Shown here: positions 8,881 through 17,185 of the stretch, piece by piece | Position numbering within the stretch: position 1 is the stretch's first letter | Layout of the letters: each line of letters starts with the position of its first letter | Source: an uncultured virus (IMG/VR IMGVR_UViG_3300049491_000674) | Taxonomy: Duplodnaviria; Heunggongvirae; Uroviricota; Caudoviricetes | Virus record (IMG/VR): IMGVR_UViG_3300049491_000674 | Strand: one strand, 5' to 3' | DNA: 20,000 nt | Translations under genes and position numbers: made by a program | Notes under the pieces: model-generated | Seen by the model: the letters and a program-made list of their open reading frames with translations, nothing else | Told to the model about the DNA's origin: nothing | Database searches by the model: none

Positions 8881-9324
8881 ATGGAGCTTCAAATGAAGAA
8901 CGCAGTAGCCCTAACGACCTCCTCTGAGGTCGGGAAGGTCGTAGATTATGCGATTGAAACGAATCGCATGGTGTGCCACCTCACAGGAGAGCTGGATGTC
9001 TGCAAGACCCATCTTCGTCGAGAGGGTGTGGAAAAAGCGGAGTTTTTGAAAACCTCCTCAGCAGAGATCTCTGGCCTCTTGGGGAAAGCCCAGATCATTC
9101 TCACGCGACCTCAGGTGAGAATCCGAAAAGGGGTTGACCTTCTAGCTGCGGAGGCGGCATTCCCTCCAGGAGTTTTTGACCTCCTCTTCGTGAAGAAGAC
9201 AGTGGTGGAGCTAGCGCCAGATTTTGAGGATAAGCTTCGTTGTCTACCCCTGATTCAACAGCGGGCGATCCGAAATCTCATTCAATTCGCTGCGTCGACT
9301 CCTCGTGTCAACCTACCGAAGTAA
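8881..9324 (+). CDS. Hypothetical protein
   Basis: 147-aa ORF with normal composition. Confidence 0.65.
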   Translation: MELQMKNAVALTTSSEVGKVVDYAIETNRMVCHLTGELDVCKTHLRREGVEKAEFLKTSSAEISGLLGKAQIILTRPQVRIRKGVDLLAAEAAFPPGVFDLLFVKKTVVELAPDFEDKLRCLPLIQQRAIRNLIQFAASTPRVNLPK

Positions 9325-9880
9325 CCCGCTCATGGTTTTGAAGTGGGAAGAAGGTGGCGATGTAGGCCCAAAGGATGGTGGAGTGGCTTTCTGTTCCCGA
9401 GGAGGATCCTACTTCAATGGCTCTATCCCAGAGCAACTTGGAGGTAGTTCGGTCACCCTCAGCCAGCTTTTTCACGGCATCAAACCAAAGACGGAGGGTC
9501 ATAACGTGGACCGCTCCCTCGGGGCTCCCTTCAGGCAGCCTCTCTGTAATCCTTTGACTCTCACGGTAAGTCCTCGTTGGGTCTGACCCATTTGCCCACG
9601 CCAACCAAGCCATCCCCACTGTCTCAAAAAGGTGGGCTTCCCAGTTCTCTTCAGATGGGACCCCATCCAGCACAAGAATAGGTTGACCCAAGATTTTCTG
9701 CATAGCGGCTCGGGACAAGGTGTCCTGCATCGAGGTAGGGCTCCCCATGACATCCAAAGCCTTTCTGACCGCGAGGAGGGCGTCCGTAACGCTGCCTCGC
9801 CCCTCTACCACACGGCCAGCTGCCTGCTGGGCAGCCATCTCAGCCATCAGTTCTTGTAGACCGTTGTCGTTGTTAGGCAT
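9308..9880 (-). CDS. Hypothetical helical protein
   Basis: Likely start ATG 9880 (MPNNDNGLQELMAEM); about 190 aa. Confidence 0.65.
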   Translation of the reverse strand: MPNNDNGLQELMAEMAAQQAAGRVVEGRGSVTDALLAVRKALDVMGSPTSMQDTLSRAAMQKILGQPILVLDGVPSEENWEAHLFETVGMAWLAWANGSDPTRTYRESQRITERLPEGSPEGAVHVMTLRLWFDAVKKLAEGDRTTSKLLWDRAIEVGSSSGTESHSTILWAYIATFFPLQNHERVTSVG

Positions 9881-10108
9881 AGGCCGGAAAAGTATGTGGC
9901 CCCGACGGGCATCATCAGGGCCACATAAAAGGGGACCATGGCAAGTCCGTCCCGAGATCAATACACCGACATGAAAACCTTTGCAACGGAAGATAGCGTT
10001 TTTACAGCCGATTGTCCTCCCGCCCTTACTTCCTTGACATCAACCACGCAGTTCCTGTAGTTTTACCCTTTCGTTTTAGGTATTCTGGGCGGCACCCCAG
10101 GAATGTTT

Positions 10109-10135
10109 TTGATCCCTAAGACCCGTCAACTAGTA
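10109..10135 (+). promoter_or_regulatory. Phage promoter motif TTGATC-N15-CTAGTA upstream of sigma-like gene
   Basis: TTGATC at 10109-10114 and CTAGTA at 10130-10135, then GGAGG and ATG 10147. Confidence 0.7.
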
Positions 10136-10146
10136 CGGAGGCAACC

Positions 10147-10965
10147 ATGGCAAACCCGCTCACCATTCCAAAGAACGATCACGAGATGGCCCGCGACTGG
10201 TCAAAGTTCATCGGCCAGACCCTTCGGGGCCGGAATCGTATCTCATTCAACTTCGAGGACGTCTTCCAGGACATCCTCTTGAAGCTCGTGACCTCAAAGG
10301 TCGTCGAGAAGTTTTGGGCGGGGGTGTCTGAACGCTCGCACCCTTTGACGGTGACGGCGGATGAGGCCGCAAAAATGCTCGGCATTTCGTTGGGGGACTT
10401 CATCTCCTTTCAGATCGAGTCGAGCGATTCGTTGACTCCTGTCAACGGGAAGGGTCAACCGATCCCAGATGGGTTGGGGTATTCGAGCCCTGCGGCCTTG
10501 TACCTCTTCGCGGATGTGATCGTCCTTGGGGCCTCGGTTGTTTTTGCTGGGCAAGGGGTTCAGCAGCTTCCGCCTCCGAAGGACCCCACGGTCTCCCAGT
10601 TTCGAGCGTACCTGTTGGTGGCGATCCACAACCACGTCTCGAACGTCTGTCGTCGTCACGCTCGTAAGTTCAACAAGGAGCACGCTCCTGATCACTTCGC
10701 TTGTTTTCGTACCTCTGAGGGCACGATCGAGTTCGAAGGTTCTCTTGTCGACGAGGGAGCAGCGGCGGACATAGAGAATGGGGCTGAGGCTGGCCTCATG
10801 CTGCGACGCACCCCTGGCATCATGACCAAGAAGTCGAAAGACGAGAAAACTGTCTTCGACCTCATTCACGAAGGTTACTCCATCGCAGAAGCAGCACGGG
10901 CGTGTCGTCTGACCCGTCATGAGCTGCGAGTGCTGACCCGCGAGTTATCCTTCGATAGCAGTTAG
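10147..10965 (+). CDS. Divergent sigma70/ECF-like RNA polymerase sigma factor with internal insertion
   Basis: Region-2-like FEDVFQDILLKL and FRAYLLVAIHNHVSNVCRR; region-4-like GYSIAEAARACRLT; GGAGG RBS. Confidence 0.6.
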   Translation: MANPLTIPKNDHEMARDWSKFIGQTLRGRNRISFNFEDVFQDILLKLVTSKVVEKFWAGVSERSHPLTVTADEAAKMLGISLGDFISFQIESSDSLTPVNGKGQPIPDGLGYSSPAALYLFADVIVLGASVVFAGQGVQQLPPPKDPTVSQFRAYLLVAIHNHVSNVCRRHARKFNKEHAPDHFACFRTSEGTIEFEGSLVDEGAAADIENGAEAGLMLRRTPGIMTKKSKDEKTVFDLIHEGYSIAEAARACRLTRHELRVLTRELSFDSS

Positions 10966-10972
10966 GTTGGTG

Positions 10973-11785
10973 ATGGATCACGTTGCCAGCCTACTGCACA
11001 AGGTATCGGGCCTCCGACGGAAGATTTGGTCGAGTCTTCCTTGGGGGTACCGTCTTGCCACGATTTTCCTCGCTCTCGATAACTCAAGTATCGAGGCGTG
11101 GGGACGTCAGATGGGGGCTCTGATGCTCCAGTCTGGGGTGACAGACCTTCCCGACCCTGGTCCAAAGTGGAATCCAGCAAAGCCCAACCCCAAAGATCTT
11201 CCCCGGTATTATCTCAACGAGATGGCCAAGAAGGCGTACGGGATCGCGCTTAAGAGTTCGAAGAACCCTGAGGATGCTGGGGATGCGATGATGGATGTGG
11301 TGGTGGACTTTCTCAGTAAGTCCACCCTCAAGGCCATGCCTGCTAAGTCGGCTATCAGCTATGTCTTGAAAGCTGTTGACTGGAAAGCGGGGGCTCTTCG
11401 GAAGAAGAATAAGGGGGATCGCAGCACTACGATTGACGACGACGGGGAGGAAACTACCCTTGATCTCGTGGACGACGCGTTTACGTCCAACCCCTACTGG
11501 AATGAGAACCCCAGGCAGTTTCGCGAGTTGGCCGAAGCTTTCCCTGAGGATGTTTGGGATCGTGCTGTTGTCCCCGCTTTGAAGCGAGAGCACCCAGACA
11601 TGCCTCTCTTTTTCGAACTTCTTGGGGATGGGTACAACGCCAAAGAGATCATTGAGGAGGGGATGCTTCCCCACTTCGACGCCGCTGAGTATAAGACCCC
11701 TGTTCAGACGTGGAATGCCAAGGTGCAGAAGATCAAGATGGTCCTTCGTGACATCGCTCAGCGAGCGGACAACTTAGACGGGTAG
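10973..11785 (+). CDS. Second divergent sigma-factor-like protein
   Basis: KKAYGIALKSSKNPEDAGDAMMDV (ECF region 2.1/2.2-like), SYVLKAV..KA..LRKK, LDLVD and GYNAKEI. Confidence 0.5.
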   Translation: MDHVASLLHKVSGLRRKIWSSLPWGYRLATIFLALDNSSIEAWGRQMGALMLQSGVTDLPDPGPKWNPAKPNPKDLPRYYLNEMAKKAYGIALKSSKNPEDAGDAMMDVVVDFLSKSTLKAMPAKSAISYVLKAVDWKAGALRKKNKGDRSTTIDDDGEETTLDLVDDAFTSNPYWNENPRQFRELAEAFPEDVWDRAVVPALKREHPDMPLFFELLGDGYNAKEIIEEGMLPHFDAAEYKTPVQTWNAKVQKIKMVLRDIAQRADNLDG

Positions 11786-12028
11786 CTTTGTGAGCTTGAG
11801 CTTTTCGGTTCGGGAAAGCTTCTTGATTGCTGCTTCACGTCGAAGAGCGTCACCCTTGTCGGTGTAGTCCTCTATCAGCACGATGCTCCAAGGTCGGCCA
11901 CACCTCGTGGCTTTGGCCCCACGGGTACCCTTCCCATTGTGGGCGGCAAGCCTGTCTTGTGGCTTAAGGGCAATCCCTGTGTATGTTCGGCCGGTACTAG
12001 GGCTATAGAGAAGGTAGACGAACCACAT
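11774..12028 (-). CDS. GIY-YIG nuclease (UPF0213/Slx1-like)
   Basis: FVYLL...YTG, RLAAHN, GAKATR..RPW and ALRREAAIKKLSR. Confidence 0.9.
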   Translation of the reverse strand: MWFVYLLYSPSTGRTYTGIALKPQDRLAAHNGKGTRGAKATRCGRPWSIVLIEDYTDKGDALRREAAIKKLSRTEKLKLTKLPV

Positions 12029-12590
12029 GGCAGATAGCTTTCTTGCTCAACAGCTTCCAGCGTTTACGGCACCCGATCACCCATCGCATGTCTGCCATGA
12101 GCCTTTCACTTTTAAGCTCGGAGGTCAACCTTGGGCTGTTGCAGCGGGAGGCCCCTGGTTTGTTGCGGTGAAGGGGTTTAGCTCATTCTCCCTGATGCAT
12201 GACCCCGCTGGCATCGTCGAGGCGTACCTCAACATGGCTCCTGTGAATGCCCTTGAGGTACCTACCCCACATCTGAAGGAGTGGGCCGGAGACTTCCCTT
12301 TGGACGGGAAGTTTGATGAGCAAAGCAGGAAGGGTTTGGTGCAGGGGGTCTTGGTTGATCGTCGAAAGCTGGCCTTTTTGGTCTCTCGTTACCCTTTCCC
12401 TAAGATCACTTTTTGGGACTCAACCTCTGCGGTGGGGGTGAGGTCCGTGACTCTTGAGTCCAGGGGGAAGTGGAGAGCTGTTCTTGCGGGTCTTGACGAC
12501 AACGCTATCCCCCAAGACACCCCTTCCTACCAATACCGGGTTGAGGGATCTGATGCCTTTGACCTGATGGCTTCGTTGCCCGAGGAGTAG
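12027..12590 (+). CDS. Hypothetical protein
   Basis: 187-aa ORF with AAGGT upstream. Confidence 0.65.
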   Translation: MADSFLAQQLPAFTAPDHPSHVCHEPFTFKLGGQPWAVAAGGPWFVAVKGFSSFSLMHDPAGIVEAYLNMAPVNALEVPTPHLKEWAGDFPLDGKFDEQSRKGLVQGVLVDRRKLAFLVSRYPFPKITFWDSTSAVGVRSVTLESRGKWRAVLAGLDDNAIPQDTPSYQYRVEGSDAFDLMASLPEE

Positions 12591-12597
12591 GGTCAGA

Positions 12598-13212
12598 TCA
12601 CCAACTGAGATCGCCTTCGAGTTTTTTCATCTTCAGCCTCGTGATGATGAATGGCCCGTAGGCGTACATGGCGTGAAGCCCCCCAGCCCATCGTTTGCGG
12701 TCGTAGTCGACACCGGTCCGAAATGCCCGTTCTCGACGTTGGGCGATGTTGTAGGCAGCTGCCTTGATCATCGCTTCTCTGTGCTCCCCCCAAATAGGGG
12801 CATGGGCCAACACCCAAGTTGAGTAGTCGACCTGACCCTCTTCGTAGAAAGGGTCCCCTTCGGGGAAGTCGTTAAGGGACCCGTGGATGAACTCGTGACA
12901 GAGTTTCTCCAAGGTTTGACCTGGATTCCCTTGAACGCTGGTTGAGAGACGTACCTGTCCTGTTGAGGGTTCAAAGCTTGCTGTGGCCCAAGAGGCATGG
13001 TCAGCAGCACTGAGAGGAAGGATTTCCGGACGGGGTTGGCGTCCGTAGGGACCCAAAGCATGGCCTACGAAGTCGTAGATGATTGGTGCCCAGGTCTCTA
13101 CGAAGGTGTTCCAGGCTGCGTCCTCAAAGACAGAACACTGGAAAGAACGACTCCCAGCGGTCTTTTGTGAGGCAGTCCTGAGGGTCTTCCGTACGGCAAG
13201 GGGCAACGTCAT
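12598..13212 (-). CDS. Putative zincin-like metallopeptidase (HEXXH)
   Basis: LCHEFIHG followed by FYEEGQVDY (typical third-ligand EEG). Confidence 0.65.
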   Translation of the reverse strand: MTLPLAVRKTLRTASQKTAGSRSFQCSVFEDAAWNTFVETWAPIIYDFVGHALGPYGRQPRPEILPLSAADHASWATASFEPSTGQVRLSTSVQGNPGQTLEKLCHEFIHGSLNDFPEGDPFYEEGQVDYSTWVLAHAPIWGEHREAMIKAAAYNIAQRRERAFRTGVDYDRKRWAGGLHAMYAYGPFIITRLKMKKLEGDLSW

Positions 13213-13257
13213 TTCCTACAGCGATCGTAAAAGAACTTCTGGTCAACTTCTAGTAGT

Positions 13258-13836
13258 ATGACCACCGCTGGCCCAGGCCCCATCATCTTCTCCCCCTCTG
13301 GTCTCATCCTGAACCCCAACATGCCCCCAGGAGCTGACCCCTTCTTGGTGACGAAGGCTCTCCCGCAGCCCGTAGGTGAGTTGCTTGGTACCGGAGATCT
13401 GACATTCAACACGCTCGGACCCAACGGTCAGCTCCTGGTGAACTTGATCCTTGGTGCTGCTGGAGCTGCCGCAGCCGTTGCGATCTTGTCCACGAGCCTG
13501 GATCAAGCAGTGGTGAGCATCACCCTCGATGCCTCCAACCGCCCTTCTTTCAGCATCAACGTCCCAGGTGTTGGGGTGGTGGCCTCTTGGGCCCCCTCCG
13601 GAGCAGCCCTCGCTACCGGAAAGCCCCTCTCCATTTTGCTGGCTTGGAACTCATTGGTAGGTACGGTCACGTTTACGGATGCCTTCGGGATTCCCATCGC
13701 TGGTGCTTTTGCTGTGGCCCCCTCAGCCCCTTGGGTTCAACCAGCTCTCACCAAGGGCTCTGTCGGTTACATCCTTGGAGGAGTCCCAGCCGCCTCAAAC
13801 GCAACCATTCAGAAAACACAAGTCTCTTCCCGTTGA
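13258..13836 (+). CDS. Hypothetical beta-rich protein (possibly structural)
   Basis: 192-aa ORF with beta-sandwich-like alternation. Confidence 0.55.
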   Translation: MTTAGPGPIIFSPSGLILNPNMPPGADPFLVTKALPQPVGELLGTGDLTFNTLGPNGQLLVNLILGAAGAAAAVAILSTSLDQAVVSITLDASNRPSFSINVPGVGVVASWAPSGAALATGKPLSILLAWNSLVGTVTFTDAFGIPIAGAFAVAPSAPWVQPALTKGSVGYILGGVPAASNATIQKTQVSSR

Positions 13837-13863
13837 CCCCTTCGGTGGTGTAGAAGCTTCCCG

Positions 13864-15243
13864 ATGACGAAGCTTCCGCTCAACACCGTCGTACATGGGG
13901 ACTGTCTTGAGGTCCTGAAGTCTTTCCCCGATGACTCGGTGGATTCTGTGGTCACAGACCCACCGGCCGGGATCTCCTTCATGGGGAAAGACTTTGACAA
14001 CCCTGATACCTATGGGGTTGAGGGACACACAACTAGAGATAAGTTCATTGCCTGGCTTACCTTGGTGATGAAGGAGTGTCTCCGGGTCTTGAAGCCTGGT
14101 GGGCATATGCTTGTTTGGAGTATCCCAAGAACAAGCCATTGGACGGCCACTGCTGTGGAAAATGCTGGCTTTGAGGTCCGTGACTGCATCCATCATCTGA
14201 AGGATCGTAACCCTGAGATGCGATCGTTTTTGGAGTCCCTCACCCCAGAACAGTTGGAGTTGCTGTATAGGTCGGCCCCGACGGATGGGGCTGTCATGCA
14301 TCTTTTTGGTCAGGGCTTCCCAAAGTCTTTGAACATCTCGAAGGCTATCGACAAGATGAAGGGGGCTCAGCGGAGAGTCATCAAAGAGGGGATTGGTTTC
14401 GACCCAAGTCGTCAAAAAGCCAATCAGTTTGACTCGATCATCCCTTCCAATGTGGGCATCAACACAGCCAGCTTCAAAGCCAAGATTGGGGAGGTGACGG
14501 AGCCTGCAACCCCTGAGGCCAAACAATGGGATGGTTGGGGAACGCAACTTAAGCCCGCAGTTGAGATGTGGTGGCTCGTCAGGAAACCTATCGCGGCGAA
14601 AAACACGGTCGACCAAGTCTTGAAGACGGGGACGGGGGCGATGAACATCGATTGCAACCGTGTGGCGGCTGCGGATGGCAATCCTTCGGTGTTGAGAAGG
14701 GAGACGGCAAGACGAACGGGTACGGTGCCTATTACTGGGCGCACTGCCGCAGAAGCAGAGGCGGAAGGGCGGATCGAGCGGCGGGGGTCACCTGAAGTCT
14801 ACATGGAGGATCGTCCTTCTGAGGCTCTTGGCCGCTTCCCAGCAAACCTTATCCTCTCCCATTCACCTGGTTGCGTGAAATTCGAATCGGACCCTCCCTA
14901 CTTTGAGTGCGTGCCGGGCTGTCCCGTGGCAGCTCTTGATGATCAAAGCGGGGATCGACGAAGTGCTGGGGATTACCCGAGTCCCGCTAGTGGTAGAATG
15001 GGCTCAACAAGTTTTCAGCCTACTCAAGGGCAGATCTACGCTGATGCAGGAGGAGCCTCCCGCTTCTTCACGAACTTCGAACCCGATGCCCCCTTCCTCT
15101 ATACGGGGAAGGCAGCGAAGAAGGACAAGGACGCAGGACTCGATGAAGATGTCCCTGGGATGATGGAGCTTCGGGACGATATCACGGAGGAGGAGCGGGC
15201 ATTTGTGCTTGCGGAGCTACACGCTGTTGGAGTTGAGTTCTGA
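13864..15243 (+). CDS. N4/N6 DNA methyltransferase (beta class), N-terminal catalytic/TRD part
   Basis: HGDCLEVLK, VVTDPPAG, RVLKPGG, GFPKS, LKPA.E, GRFPANL and GGASRFF. Lacks the SAM-binding DPFxGSG motif. Confidence 0.88.
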   Translation: MTKLPLNTVVHGDCLEVLKSFPDDSVDSVVTDPPAGISFMGKDFDNPDTYGVEGHTTRDKFIAWLTLVMKECLRVLKPGGHMLVWSIPRTSHWTATAVENAGFEVRDCIHHLKDRNPEMRSFLESLTPEQLELLYRSAPTDGAVMHLFGQGFPKSLNISKAIDKMKGAQRRVIKEGIGFDPSRQKANQFDSIIPSNVGINTASFKAKIGEVTEPATPEAKQWDGWGTQLKPAVEMWWLVRKPIAAKNTVDQVLKTGTGAMNIDCNRVAAADGNPSVLRRETARRTGTVPITGRTAAEAEAEGRIERRGSPEVYMEDRPSEALGRFPANLILSHSPGCVKFESDPPYFECVPGCPVAALDDQSGDRRSAGDYPSPASGRMGSTSFQPTQGQIYADAGGASRFFTNFEPDAPFLYTGKAAKKDKDAGLDEDVPGMMELRDDITEEERAFVLAELHAVGVEF

Positions 15244-15248
15244 CGTGA

Positions 15249-15482
15249 TCAGGGTCCTGGTATACATAGGCTAAGGGCACTCTTGCTACGATAGAGAGTT
15301 TTCCCGCAGTTTGAACAAGGAACTTCAGCCCCCGTTTGGCGAGATGGTCGTTTTAAGTTGCGGTAGCAGGTGAGGGTGCAGTAGGTTGTCCCTGGTGGGC
15401 ATCTTTTCTGGACGGGGATCCCACAACCAATACAGTTGAATTCCCGGACCTTGTTTTGCTTGTTTCTCGACATGGAGGTCAT
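15249..15482 (-). pseudogene. Cys-rich zinc-ribbon ORF, probable truncated HNH endonuclease N-terminus
   Basis: CIGCG, YCTLTC and CSNCG; ends without a nuclease core; lies antisense between the two MTase parts. Confidence 0.55.
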
Positions 15483-15846
15483 ATGAAGCTTCGTGAGGAT
15501 CAGATCCCATCCCATCTTCGGCGGTTCTTCCGGCCCGAGAAAGGAGAAGGTGGGGTGAGTAGGAATACTCACCCCACCTAGGTAAACTGTCAAGTCTCAA
15601 CAGTTGATGACGTGGCTCGTCAGGCTTATCACCCCGAAAGGCGGAATCGTGCTCGATCCCTTCGCAGGTTCTGGCTCTACGCTGGTAGCTGCTGCAACTG
15701 AGGGTGCAGATTTCATCGGCATCGAGCGTGATCCGGTGTATCATGGGATCTCAACGAAGAGAGCTGCTGTGGCCCTGAGCCAACAAAACAGCAAAAAAGC
15801 CCAAGAAGAAGCGTTCGGCCTGATGGGAGACCTCCCTCAGGAGTAG
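15483..15846 (+). CDS. DNA methyltransferase C-terminal (SAM-binding) part, interrupted by a 10-nt gap
   Basis: GGAGGT then ATG 15483 gives MKLRED...SRNTHPT-TAG (15579-15581). The +1 frame from 15586 gives TVKSQQLMTWLVRLITPKGGIVLDPFAGSGST...FIGIE. Confidence 0.8.
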
Positions 15847-16307
15847 CAGTAAGACCTACAGTCACACACCGCTTTTCAACCCCACGTCGTTTTTTTCTTG
15901 AACCGCTCTCTGGTCGGTGTATATACCGAGGACCAGCCCGGATTTGCACTCCGGGCCCCGAAGCAAAAACCAAGGCACATCATGTTTACCCTACCCCTCC
16001 TCAGCCAGACAAAGCAGACGCGCAAAGCGTCGGCCACGTTGTGGTGTACCCAGGGGTATCAGGGTCGCAGCGTCGGACAACTCGATCACACCCCTGCCAT
16101 GGCTTCCGTGTTTGCTATCACCCTGAACCCGGAAGCACCCCTGTAAGGGCGGATCCTCTCTTAGGCTCGCAAGAGCACCAAAGAAGGCCGCCCGGGAAAC
16201 CCCCCAGGCGGCCTTCAAACGTTTCTGACTCTAGGACTCATCCCATGTTTACTTCCCCCGACACCATCCGAGAGAGCTATCAAGGCTCCGGTTTCCCTAC
16301 CCTCTAT

Positions 16308-16387
16308 GGGGTGGCCGCCGGGACGGAAGTGGCTCTGTAAAAGCTACGGCTCTGCCTACCTGGGTTCGACTCCCAGACGCCCCACCA
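16308..16387 (+). tRNA. tRNA-Tyr(GTA)
   Basis: Anticodon arm GTGGCT-CTGTAAA-AGCTAC, variable arm, T arm CTGGG-TTCGACT-CCCAG, CCA end. Confidence 0.85.
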
Positions 16388-16460
16388 AGAACTTCGAAAG
16401 ACCAAAGATCATGAAACCTAAAAAGCGTAAGCCCACCAAGGTGGGCCACACAGAAAGTGA

Positions 16461-16534
16461 GGGACGTTAGCTCCAAGGCGGAGCATCGGGTTTTTACCCC
16501 GTAGGGCAGAGTTCGATTCTCTGGCGTCCCACCA
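16461..16534 (+). tRNA. tRNA-Lys(TTT)
   Basis: Acceptor GGGACGT/GCGTCCC, loop TTTTTAC, CCA end. Confidence 0.85.
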
Positions 16535-16551
16535 ACCCCAAAAGGGTGAAT

Positions 16552-16622
16552 GGGACCGTAGCTCACGGGTAGAGCAGGAGCCTCTTAAGCTTCAGGTGCG
16601 GGTTCGAGCCCCTCCGGTCCCA
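16552..16622 (+). tRNA. tRNA-Lys(CTT)
   Basis: Acceptor GGGACCG/CGGTCCC, anticodon arm GGAGC-CTCTTAA-GCTTC. Confidence 0.88.
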
Positions 16623-16638
16623 CTGAAATCAAAAATGC

Positions 16639-16667
16639 TTGTCGGGTTAAGAGTCACGAACTAGTAT
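16639..16667 (+). promoter_or_regulatory. Sigma70-type promoter, leaderless start
   Basis: TTGTCG-N17-TAGTAT, then 6 nt to GTG 16674. Confidence 0.6.
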
Positions 16668-16673
16668 GTCGGT

Positions 16674-17150
16674 GTGAAGAAGTGCTCAGCCTGCAAAACC
16701 CTCAAGCATCTGACAGAGTTCAACGTCAACCGAGCCCGAAAAGACGGGTATCAAAGTCGGTGTAGGGACTGCGGTAAGGATCACGCGAAGACGTACTACC
16801 AGACAAACAAGGCAGTGATGATTCCGGCCATCAAGGAGGCAAATAACAGACGAGTTAGGGAGAACTACACGAAAATCCACACTTACCTTTTGAACCACCC
16901 TTGTGTGGACTGCGGTGAGGGTGACCCAATCGTTCTCGACTTTGACCACGTTCTCGGAGACAAAAAGAATCACGTATCTAGGATGACCTCGATGGGAAAT
17001 TCTTGGCGTGTATTGGAGACCGAAATAGCAAAGTGTGAGGTACGGTGTGCTAATTGCCACCGACGGAAGACGGCCAAGCAGCTAGGGCACTTTCGAGCAA
17101 CATTGACTATGCATTCTGGGTTCGTCCAAAGGCAGGACTCGGGTTTCTGA
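16674..17150 (+). CDS. HNH endonuclease (zinc-finger N-terminus)
   Basis: CSAC...CRDC, PCVDCGE.DPIVLDFDHV and EIAKCEVRCANCHRRKT. Its stop lies inside tRNA-Gln. Confidence 0.9.
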   Translation: MKKCSACKTLKHLTEFNVNRARKDGYQSRCRDCGKDHAKTYYQTNKAVMIPAIKEANNRRVRENYTKIHTYLLNHPCVDCGEGDPIVLDFDHVLGDKKNHVSRMTSMGNSWRVLETEIAKCEVRCANCHRRKTAKQLGHFRATLTMHSGFVQRQDSGF

Positions 17151-17185
17151 AGCCCGCTATCGAGGTTCGAATCCTCGCCCCAGAG
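17115..17185 (+). tRNA. tRNA-Gln(CTG)
   Basis: CGGGT-TTCTGAA-GCCCG; T arm CGAGG-TTCGAAT-CCTCG. Confidence 0.88.

Noticed and set aside
13950..13970. DPPA instead of DPPY in the MTase
   Set aside because: As far as I recall, DPPAG occurs in this MTase subfamily, so it is not evidence of inactivation by itself.
13795..14616. 273-aa antisense ORF over the MTase
   Set aside because: It is entirely opposite a well-supported gene and has no recognisable motifs.
15576..15590. Stop-codon reassignment or a group I intron as the explanation for the MTase gap
   Set aside because: TAG readthrough would not restore the frame, TAG ends other genes normally, and 10 nt is far too short for a self-splicing intron.
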